From Dendrobates tinctorius (lineage: Eukaryota): DNA of 64,000 bases. Position numbers and translations under genes: made by a program. Shown in pieces: positions 53,394-64,000 of the stretch. The notes below the pieces were generated by a model. It searched no databases and was not told where the DNA came from. It was given only the letters and a program-made list of their open reading frames with translations. Where the stretch lies: assembly GCF_039654945.1 (NCBI RefSeq), contig NW_027361727.1:3534001-3598000 (forward strand). The letters are read 5' to 3'. The first letter of the stretch is position 1; each line of letters starts with the position of its first letter.

Positions 53394-54568
53394 TAAATGA
53401 ACGATTCTAGTAACGGAATACTTCTATACGTATGCTGTATGAAGGGATAATAAAAAGGAAAATAAGTCTGAAATGTTTGACCAGAGGCTACGCAAGGAGA
53501 GAGCTTGAAAATACAGAAGAACCGAAAACACCAAGGTTACTTACCGGTAGCCGTTTTTTCCGGAGCCCATGACGGCACACATGAGAGAGGGGATCCACCC
53601 AGTCAGGACAGGAACCCTACTAAAGATAAAAGGGCGGTACCTCTCCTTCGCTTCAGTTCGTTTACAGAGCATGAGAGGCCCCCCGGTTTAGTACACATGG
53701 TAAAACTATCACCACATTATATCTAACTAAAAAAAACACCCAAACTATAGTGCACACCAAAGGAGTGAAAAGGGGGGGGGGGGAATATACAGGTGCCATC
53801 ATGGGCTCCGGAAAAACCGGCTACCGGTGAGTAACCTTGGTGTTTTAACGTCTCCCGTGACGGCACACATGAGAGACTTTTGTAGAATAAGACACCTTAG
53901 GGAGGGACCACCGCTTGCAGCACCCTTCTACCAAAGGTTAGGTTAGTAGAGGAAGACAGATCAATTCAGTAGTGCTTAAAAAAGGTCGAAGGTGAGGACC
54001 AAGTAGCGGCTTTACAAACTTGTTCAATTGATACCTCAGCCTTCTCTGCCTAGGAGGTAGCCACGGCTCTGGTGGAGTGAGCCTTGATGCCTTCTGGAAC
54101 CAGAGCGCCACTTGCGGAGTAGGATAACATAATGGCCTCCCTGATCCATCTGGCAATGGTACTCTTAGCTACCCCGTGCCCTTTTCTACTACCCTGAAAG
54201 GCTACAAAAAGGGACTGATCTTTCCTCCACTGACTAGTTACTGACATATATTGTACTATGGCTAGTCTTACATCTAATGTATGGAACTTTTGCTCCCCAG
54301 GGTTTCTAGGATTGTTACAGAACGATGGCAAGGAGATCTCCTGAGTCCTATGAAACTTTTAGACTACCTTGGGGAGATAGGCCGGGTCTGGTCTTAGAAC
54401 CACTCGGTCATCCAAGATCTGTGTATATGGAGGACATATAGACAGAGCTTGAAGGTCGCTGACTCTTCGGGCTGATGTTAAGGCTACCAGTAAGACAGTT
54501 TTAAGTGTAAGTAGCTTTGGTGACAGTTCTAGTAGTGGTTCAAAGGGGTCTTTGGTTAAGGCCTCTAA

Positions 54569-54964
54569 AGGTACTGTCACACTTAGCGATGTACCAGCGA
54601 TCCCGACCAGCGATATGACGCGGTCAGGATCGCTGGTACATCGCTAAGTGGTCGCTAGTGAGCTGCCACACAGGCAGATCTCACTAGCAACATCGCTGGG
54701 GACGGGGGTCGCTACTTACCTGTCACACCAGGCGATCCTGCGTCCTCCCGCCCGGCTCCACGCGTCGCTCGTCGTCACAGCAGGAAGCACCGCAGGAAGC
54801 TGACGACGAGAAACAGTCCAGGACGTTCTCGCGCGAGCAGCGATAACCAGGGGGGGAGCCGGTCGTAGGTAAGTATCAGACACAGCGATATCGCAAGCAA
54901 TATCGCTATAACGTCACAAGTTATAGCTATATTGCTAGCGATATCGCTTAGTGTGACATGCCCT
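54569..54964. mobile_element. Harbinger/PIF-like MITE interrupting the YR gene of DIRS copy C
   Basis: TAA|aggtactgtcacacttagcgat...atcgcttagtgtgacatgccct|TTA. It splits PWDLSLV|LEALTKDP. Confidence 0.88.
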
Positions 54965-57900
54965 TTAGACTAGGCTGAGGTCCCAGGGTGGTATCTTTGG
55001 GATAATGACCGGCCTTGACCTGCCACAGGACTTTATGAATCGGGACACCCACCTATTGGCTGCTAAGTTGCAGTTATATAGAGCTCCCAAAGCTGAGACT
55101 TGAACTTTGAATGTGTTAGTGGCTAACCCCAGTTGTAGCCCCGACTGTAAGAACTCTAGGATAGGTCCCACTGGCACTACATCCACCAAGGGTTCCCCCA
55201 GGAAGTCTAGGAACTTTTTCCACGTTCTACCGTAGATTTGGGATGTTATAGGTTTCCTACTTTTCAACAGGGTAGAGACTAACCCTGGAGAGAATCCCTG
55301 GCGACTCAGTAGAGCCCTCTCAAATTCCAGGCTGCTAGATGGAAGCCCTTCACCTGAGAGTGGACCACTGGTCCCTGGGAAAGCAGGTCTGGAATCTCCG
55401 GTAGTATCCATGGATCTGTCACTGACATGAGTCTCAGAAGGGAGAACCAAGGCCTCCTCGGCCAAAACGGAACTATAAGAATTATTCTCGCTCGATCCTC
55501 CCCGATTTTCCTGACCACTACTGGGATCATTGTTATCGGGGGAAATGCATAGGCCAGGATGAACTTCCAGGGTATTTGTAGGGCATCTACTGCGAAGGGG
55601 TTTTCCCTTGGGTTTAGTGAGCAGAACTTCCTGACCTTCCGGTTGTGTGCGGTAGCGAACAGGTCTATTTCTGGTTTGCCCCAGGCCTGAACTATTTGTT
55701 GGAAGACTTGGGGGTTTAGGGACCATTCCCCTTGTCTCAGATGCCTGCGACTCAGGAAGTCTGCCTGTATATTTTCTGCCCCCTTTATGTGCAGTGCTGT
55801 GATGGATAACAGATGTTGTTCTGCTAGCTGGAAGAGTAGATCTGATATTTGCATGAGGCCCCGAGATCTCGTTCCCCCCTGGTGATTGATGTAGGCTACT
55901 ACTGCTTGATTGTCCGTCATGACCCGGGTGTGGCGGCCCTGAAGTAAGGGAAGGAAATGTCTCACGGCTTTCTCCACTTCCCATAGTTTTTACATTTGAA
56001 CCGTGATCCTTTTCTAGCGAGGACCAGGTCCCCTGTATTGTGTGGGATCTCAGGTGTGCTCCCCATCCTGTGGCACTCGCGTCTGTTGTAATGATGTCCT
56101 CGACTGGTTTTTGCCACAGGACACCGGCTGTTAGATTCTTTTCTACCGTCCACCAGAGCAGGGAATCTCTTACAGCCACTGAGAGACATAGTTTGCCTTC
56201 TAAATGCCCTTTTAATTGTTTCTGTGCTGACAGAACTTCCCACTGTAGTTGCCTTAAGTGGTACTGCGCCCATGCTACTGCGGGTATGCATGATGTCAGT
56301 AAGCCTAAAAGGGACATTGCGTTCCTCAGTGTCATATTTGGTCTTTGTATTGCGAGCTAGGCCTCTTATCTTGGTCACTTTGCTCTCTGGTAGGAGGCAG
56401 CGTTGTTGCTCGGAGTCCAATATCAACCCTAGGAAGGATTGCTCTTTTACTGGGGTTATCCTTGACTTGGGGATGTTTACTATCCATCCTAGTCCTACTA
56501 GAATTGCTATCACTTCCTTCACTTGATGTGTGCAGTGAGACTCCGACCTCACTATTATCAGAAAGTCGTCTAGCTATGGGACGATCACTATGTCCCTGGA
56601 ACGCAGAAAAGACATTACTTCGGCCATCACTTTGGTGAATACTCTGGGGGCTGTAGACAGGCCAAATGGAAGGGCTGCGTTCTGGTAGTGGTTCACCTGC
56701 CCCTGGACATGGAGCGCTACTCAAATATTTTTGATACTCCCGATGAATATATGATAGTAGGCATCTTTTAAGTCTATCACTGCCATGAGGCAATGCTGGA
56801 ACAGGATCTTTGTGGCCGTATTGATGGACTCCATTTTGAAGGAGCAATTGTCTACCCACTGATTGAGTCTCCTCAGGTTGACAATGGTTCTCCAAGAGCC
56901 GTTTTTGTATTAAGAAGAGGGGGGAGTAGAACCCCCTTCCTTCTTCTTGCACTGGGACTTCCTGTAGGACTTGTTTTTTCACTAGTCCCAAGACTTCCGT
57001 CTCCAGGGCCAGCTGTTGCTCTTGGGCTTTCCTTCTGGGTGTCATTATGAAGGTGCGCCTGGGCGGACGGATGAATTTTATTTTTAAGCCGTCCTTGATT
57101 ATATTTAGGACCCATGTACTGGGGGAGATATTTGCCCAGGCAGAAAGGAAGAGAGAAAGCCTTCCCCCTACCTCCGACCCAATGTTATTGGGGAGATTTT
57201 TTGGAGGAAGTGGATGGCCTTTTAAACATATAGCCTGATCCTCTACTTTCTTTAAAGTCCCAGCTTTTTCTATCTCCCGGGGGACGACCCCTGTTAAATC
57301 TCCTCCTCCGAAAGGGCTGCTTTTTAGGTTCTCCCGGAAATCGGGGAAAGCCTTTCTTCCTATCCCCGCATGTTCCAAAATCTCTTCTAGTTTTTTCCCG
57401 AAGAGGAATTGGCCATCACATGGAGTGGAACATAACCTATGCTTCGATGGTAAATCTCCGGGACACCCTTTAAGCCACAGGGCTCGTCTTGCCGCGTTTG
57501 ACAGGCTTGCTGCTCTAGCTGTCAACCTTGCAGAGTCTGCAGAGGAATCCGCTAGGAAAGCCGCTGCTCCGTGCACCAGTGTCAAATTAGACAAAATTTC
57601 GTCCCTAGGAACTCTATCCTTGATCTGGTCCTCTATTTGTTGTAGCCAGACCATGAGGGCACGAGCGGTACAGGTATCGCTATCGCTGGTTTCAATCCAC
57701 CTGCTGAAGCTTCCCAGATATGCTTTAGGAAACCGTCTGCTTTTTTGTCAAGCGGGTCTTTCAACACGCCAGAGTCCTCTAATGGTAGGGATACCTTTTT
57801 GAGGATCTGGCTACGGCCCCATCAATTTTTGGGACTTTTTCCCAGGCTTCTGAATCCTTCTGCTCAAAAGGGTACCTCCTCTTTGATGTGGAAGGTAAGC

Positions 57901-58506
57901 CCCCTGACCACTCCGTTTTTTTCCATTCCCTGTCAATTAGCGCTTTTATTTTATCATGTACAGGGAAGGTACGTTTTCGTTTTTCCTCCAGTCCTCCAAA
58001 CATTACATCCTCTAATGATTTGGGAGTTTTTTCCTCTTTAAGGCCCATTGTAGCCCTAATCGCTCTGACCAGTTTTTCCACATCCTCTGTTGGGAAACAT
58101 GGACGGCCGCCTATATCGCTGTCCGAGGAGGATTCTGAGGACTGAGTAGAGGAAGAGGAGGTGGAGGGGGACAAGGATCTATCCCGCCCCTTCTGCCTTG
58201 GCGAGGCCTCTGAATCGGAGCTTCTTCTACGATTTCTTTTATCTTTCTTTTTAAGGGCTGCCCTTAGGGAACATTTCACCTCCTGTTGAATTAACTGTTT
58301 AAGGCTAGTCACCAAATCAGGGGTCTCCTCTTGTGTAGATTTATTTATACAGTCAGCGCAGAGGTCTTTCTGCCACTGATCTGCCAGCGGGTGTTTACAT
58401 AGGGCGCAGTCTCTATTTTTGGTTTTGCTGCTTGCCTTCCTCGACCCCTAGTGATCAAACAGAGAAAATGGAACCCCGTTACCATAAGGATGACATTCAT
58501 GTAGAT

Positions 58507-60334
58507 CAGTGGTCCCCAACCTTTTTTGCACCAGGGACCGGTTTCAAGCAAGACCATTCTTCCATGGCCCGGCAGGGCGGGGATGGAGGTGTAGCAGGGG
58601 CGGGGCTTTGGTCATAAGGGGGCGGGGCTATGGACACGGTTGTAGTGTAGCAGTGCATACTTATAATTAACTAACATTTATAATGTGACTCAACTCACCA
58701 TAGGTTTTGAATGAGTGCGCCATCACCCCCTTCTCCCCATCATTGCCTTCACCCCATCACTCCCTTCTCCCCATCATTGCCTTCACCCCATCACTCCCTT
58801 CTCCCCATCATTGCCTTCACCCCATCACTGCTGTCTCTCCATCATTGCCTTCACCCCATCACTCCCTTCTCCCCATCATTGCCTTCACCCCATCACTCCC
58901 TTCTCACCTTCATTGCCTTCACCCCATCACTGCTGTCTCTCCATCATTGCCTTCACCCCATCACTCCCTTCTCTCCATCACTGCCTTCACCCCATCACTC
59001 CCTTCTCCCCATCATTGCCTTCACCCCATCACTCCCTTCTCCCCATCATTGCCTTCACCCCATCACTCCCTTCTCCCCATCATTGCCTTCACCCCATCAC
59101 TGCTGTCACTCCATCATTGCCTTCACCCCATCACTGCTGTCTCTCCATCATTGCCTTCACCCCATCACTGCTGTCTCTCCATCATTGCCTTCACCCCATC
59201 ACTGCTGTCTCTCCATCATTGCCTTCACCCCATCACTGCTGTCTCTCCATCATTGCCTTCACCCCATCACTGCTGTCTCTCCATCATTGTCTTCACCCCA
59301 TCACTGCCGTCTCTCCATAATTGCCTTCACCCCATCACTGCCGTCTCTCCATCATTGCCTTCACCCCATCACTGCTGTCTCTCCATCATTGTCTTCACCC
59401 CATCACTGCCGTCTCTCCATCATTGCCTTCACCCCATCACTCCCTTCTCCCCATCATTGCCTTCACCCCATCACTCCCTTCTCCCCATCATTGCCTTCAC
59501 CCCATCACTGCTGTCTCTCCATCATTGCCTTCACCCCATCACTGCAGTCTCACCATCATTGCCTTCACCCCATCACTCCCTTCACCCCATCACTCCCTTC
59601 TCCCCATCATTGCCTTCACCCCATCACTGCTGTCTCTCCATCATTGCCTTCACCCCATCACTGCTGTCTCCCCATCATTGCCTTCACCCCATCATTCCCT
59701 TCTCCCCATCATTGCCTTCACCCCATCACTCCCTTCTCCCCATCATTGCCTTCACCCCATCACTGCTGTCTCTCCATCATTGCCTTCACCCCATCACTGC
59801 TGTCTCCCCATCATTGCCTTCACCCCATCACTGCTGTCTCCCCATCATTACCTTCACCCCATCACTCCCTTCTCCCCATCATTGCCTTCACCCCATCACT
59901 CCCGTCTCCCCATCATTGCCTTCACCCCATCACTGCTGTCTCTCCATCATTGCCTTCACCCCATCACTCCCTTCTCCCCATCATTGCCTTCACCCCATCA
60001 CTGCTCTCTCCATCATTGCCTTCACCCCATCACTCCCTTCTCCCCATCATTGCCTTCACCCCATCACTCCCTTCTCCCCATCATTGCCTTCACCCCATCA
60101 CTCCCTTCTCCCCATCATTGCCTTCACCCCATCACTGCTGTCACTCCATCACTCCCTTCTCCCCATCATTGCCTTCACCCCATCACTGCTGTCTCTCCAT
60201 CATTGCCTTCACCCATCACCCCCATCATGGCCTTCTCCCATCACCCCAGGCATCATGGCCTTCTCTCCCCATCACGGTCTTCTCCTCATGTCCCCATCTC
60301 CTCCAGGGCCAGGCTCCACCTACACAAACACAGA

Positions 60335-60365
<31 letters not shown>

Positions 60366-60762
60366 GTACACACAGACAGACATACATACACACACATTAT
60401 ACATACACAGACACCACCTCTCTCCTCTCACCTGTCCGCAGCATCGCCCGCGCTTCCTCGCTCTGACACAGCAGCGGCCGCGCTCCTCTCTGTGTCAGTC
60501 AGAGACAGGAAGCGCGGGCGGCGGGCAGGAAGCTGGACGGGTCCTTGCAGCTCCGCTCCTGCTATTCCCTCTTGCAGGCAGCGGAGCTGCTTGGATCGCT
60601 CCCTGGCCGCCACTACACATGAGGGCAGTCTAAGAACTGCTGCGCGCCGCCCCAGCACCCGCTACGCCACTGACCGCCCCTGGCTCCCCTTGTGTCCGCG
60701 GACCGGCAAGGGCACTGCAGCGGCCCGGTGCTGGGCCGCGGACCGGCGGTTGGGGACCCCTG
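58507..60762. mobile_element. hAT (Charlie-like) non-autonomous element carrying a 34-bp minisatellite
   Basis: 8-bp TSD atgtagat at 58499-58506 and 60763-60770. TIRs cagtggtccccaacc...ggttggggacccctg. Confidence 0.92.
58720..60270. repeat. 34-bp minisatellite (ccccatcattgccttca ccccatcactcccttct; 2x17)
   Basis: Tandem units in two interspersed variants. It is the source of the spurious long ORFs. Confidence 0.95.
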
Positions 60763-61981
60763 ATGTAGATCACTCACCACCGCTGTCAATCAGGGGTACC
60801 GATCTCAGAGGCTCCTCAGATGCACTCGTGACATTTCTCCTGGACGTCTCAGAGTCATGCCGATTGCGTTTATGACTGCCGCTCCCACCACTCGAGCAAC
60901 TGCTCCTGGTATGTTGGCGCCACGGCCTGGCATCTGGAGAGAGGTCTTGCCACTGACACTGCTGTCGCTGCTCGTCTTGCCCCACTTCCATCATGAAGCC
61001 TTGGGCATGAGTGCGTCTTCTGTGGTCATCCCCTTTTTGTAAGGGGGATCCACTGCACTCTCCACCTCCTCCGGTTACCCCACAGCAGACCCCCCCCCCC
61101 CCCGCCATGCCGCCGGGATATTTCGCCGGCCGGAGTTATTTGCTATGGGCGCCGCCATCTTGGGTTGCTGGCGCCGCCATCTTGGGTTGCCGGCGCCGCC
61201 TCCCGACGTCACGCAGGCACGCTCCCAGCGTGCCCTGCGTGTGACGTCAGGGGAGCGCGACCCGGAAGTGGCCGTTCCCTGACGCTGGCTGCTCCTGGAT
61301 GCGGCAGAGGGGGAGAGGGCGGCACGGCAGAGCCCCAGGACGTGCTGCTTCTGCGCCCGCTCGGATGTTGAGCCCCCGGGGGACCCGCGGACGGAGCTTC
61401 CCTCCCCCGACGCACGGCGCCCAGGACCCTGCCTGTTCTTCCACGCCGGCACGAGAGAGGGGCAGGTACGTGTTCCTTCAATACACGGGTCCCTGTCAGG
61501 ACAGGAAACCCAACTGAAGCGAGGGAGAGGTACCGCCCTTTTATCTTCAGTAGGGTTCCTGTCCTGACTGGGCGGATCCCCTCTCTCATGTGTGCCGTCA
61601 TGGGAGACGGGAAAACACAAAGTATATCAGCAAGTTGTTGGTTTGCATTAACCATAGTTATCACACGAGACCACAAGACGGGAACCGAGGAAAACAGAGC
61701 GCAATCTAATTAAATAAGGAACTTTCTTAATTTCCTGACCTAATATTTTTTTCTGCCCTGAATTGAAGAACTGATTAATCTAAGGAAAAGTTCACAGTAG
61801 GTGTTTTTTTTTAGGCAAATTTTCAGTATCAGCAAAGTCTATGAGATTTCAGAAATCTCATGCACACGGCTTGGTTTTTATTGCCATCAGGATTTTGTCC
61901 TTTGTATGGTTTTTAGCACAACAGAGCATGTCACTTCTTTCATGCTTTTTTCAGCGTTTTTCAAACATTCAAATGAATGTG

Positions 61982-62857
61982 TGTGGAGCCACGGGGAGGG
62001 GGGGGGGGGAGGGTCGGCGGGCGCCCCGGTCTGCTAGTCGAAACCGCATAGACCAGGGATCGTCCCGCAGAACGCCTGCTCTCCTTTTAACGTGGGTATA
62101 ACACTATTCAGACAACACAGGGGGAGGCTAAAACAGTGTGGCAATGCTTTATTGAACCACAAAACAGGAAGATATATGTAGAACAATCCCAGCAAAATAC
62201 CTCAAGATGGTGCACATTAGTCTCACCCTTCAGCTGACCCGCCGGGATAATGGCAGCTGTGGCAAACACACAGAGGAGGTAACGACAAGCATAGGAAGAT
62301 GACAGTCCATTCAGGTACAAGGCCACTTGACAGGAGGGTCACAACCTAGCTTCTCCAAACATCTCCATGGAGTCAGGTGACCGGCAGGGTCTCAATTCTG
62401 GCTCTCTTGAAACGTATCCATGGTTCAGCGATGGTCAATGGAGCAGATCTGTATTTTTCCAACAAGGGCTGAGGTCCCCTAGGTTGGCATCCTATAAGAT
62501 AATAAATCTGGGTCCCTTGTGATGGAGCCATGATATCTTGGCTGCAGTCATGTAGAGTCCCTGGATGTTTGGATGTCTTGGCTGAATCTCTGGGTGTCTC
62601 AGTCTTTCCATATGGAGACATGTAACCTCTTTTTATAATTAACAAGTGTCCTTCAATCCAGCATCACAGATAAGGGGACGAATGGTGAAAACCAACATGC
62701 ATTATTTAATTATGTAATCTATCTGCATATATTTTCCTACTCTGTTTGGAATGCCAACAAACTGGCTGGCCTGGACAATGCATAATTAGCATATCCGTAA
62801 ACATCACTAGTCATCGAAGATAAGAGCACAATATGTTACATCAAATGTCAACTTACA
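61982..62857 (-). mobile_element. Possible solo LTR
   Basis: TG..CA-like ends, with a minus-strand TATA (about 62635) upstream of AATAAA (about 62150). TSD not clean. Confidence 0.3.
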
Positions 62858-63009
62858 TGTCAAAATTACAGGCTTACACAAGCAAAAGTCTGTTTTCTTG
62901 ACCAACCAGAAAGAGACACAAATTCAAAAGTCAGCATATAGATACCAGTATATTCTTTCTGGCTTCCTAAAAATAGTCATCTGGCTAATTAAGATACAAT
63001 GCTGTGTCA

Positions 63010-63370
63010 ACACACTTACTAACCAGAAACTGCTACAATGTATCCCTACTAACCCAAAATGGCTACAAATGTATCCCTACTACCCAGAAACGGCTACAAT
63101 GTATCCTTACTAACACAAAATAACTACAATGTATCCCTACTAACCAGAAACTGCTACAATGTCTTACTAATCCGAAATGGCTGCAATCTATCCCTACTAA
63201 CCAGAAACTGCTACAATGTCTTACTAATCCGAAATGGCTGCAATCTATCCCTACTAACCAGAAACTGCTACAAATGTATCCATACTACCCAGAAACGGCT
63301 ACAATGTATCCTCACTAACCCAAACCGGCTACAATGTATCCCTACTACACAGAAACTATTACATTGTATC
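63010..63370. repeat. About 30-bp minisatellite (ctacaatgtatccctactaaccagaaactg)
   Basis: About 12 degenerate tandem units. Confidence 0.88.
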
Positions 63371-64000
63371 TATCTCCTAGATAGTCACAAAGGACTCTGC
63401 TGTTTAATATGGAGCTGTATAGTTACAGCGCTGACATTAGAGAAGGACAACAATTAGCCATTGCCCGCCCCCCCACTCCAGATGCGGACTGACAAGATGT
63501 CGGGATGATACATAGCTGTCCCCTAACTCTCCTGCACCCCTCTCTATACTATTCCTGTACATGCTGATTTACCAGGTTAACTTATTTTTTTTAACTATTA
63601 ATCAGGTTCATTTATTAATTAATTTAACACTTAGGTGATCACGTTGTTTTTTGACGTGGTCAAAACCCTTAGTCCAAATAAAAACTTCATTACAAGAAAA
63701 AAAAGAACATTTCATCACTAATTTTTGGATGTTTTTTTTTTTTTGGCAGGGGGAGGGGTCAGGAAAAAGTTAAAACTGCACGCTCCACGATAACAGCTGC
63801 CAGCACATAAACAGAGGATCTAATTTCAGCTTTAATCCCCCAAAAATAAAAAACCAGAACATGAAATGTGCAATCTGCAGCGGAGAAGCAGCAGTGATTC
63901 ACCAAAATAGCCGCAATTAACAATATGGACAGGACAAAACAAAGACTGTTACAAAAGTACAGATTTCTCCTTCTTAAAGTGACCCTACAACCATATTATG

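Larger units (their letters stand above)
53525..61615 (-). mobile_element. DIRS1-type retrotransposon copy C (both ITRs and ICR; two nested insertions)
   Basis: Right ITR 53525-53658, left ITR 61512-61615 (inverted match), ICR 53793-53876. Gag 57779-58447, RT/RH/MT 55306-57300, YR 53897-55320. Several frameshifts. Confidence 0.95.

Noticed and set aside
58707-60875. Long ORFs of 722, 640 and 381 aa rich in Pro/His/Ser
   Set aside because: These are translations of the stop-poor 34-bp minisatellite, open in all three frames.

Overview
Vertebrate genomic DNA, most likely anuran (frog) judging by its repeat families. The window lies inside the PRMT3 gene on the minus strand. Three phase-consistent GT-AG exons are visible: 47255-47177, 22585-22398 and 20609-20523. 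The rest is TE- and satellite-rich intron. It holds three distinct DIRS1-type tyrosine-recombinase (YR) retrotransposons, and a full-length L1 nested in the last codons of an otherwise intact Tc1 transposase. There is also a palindromic Tc1 derivative, a Helitron, a solo LTR, CR1/L2/Penelope-like fragments, many Harbinger/T2/hAT MITEs and several minisatellites. The most interesting signal is in the DIRS elements. Their ORF1 contains spliceosomal-type introns. Two diverged families also share tandem 5' splice sites 22 nt apart: the phase-0 site rebuilds the gag/zinc-finger ORF, and the phase-1 site matches phase-1 acceptors just upstream of the YR domain. This suggests a retrovirus-like alternative-splicing expression programme. 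The PRMT3 exon upstream of the copy with an intact YR also ends in phase 1, so an in-frame PRMT3-recombinase fusion transcript is possible. These splicing models are inferences from sequence and need RNA evidence.
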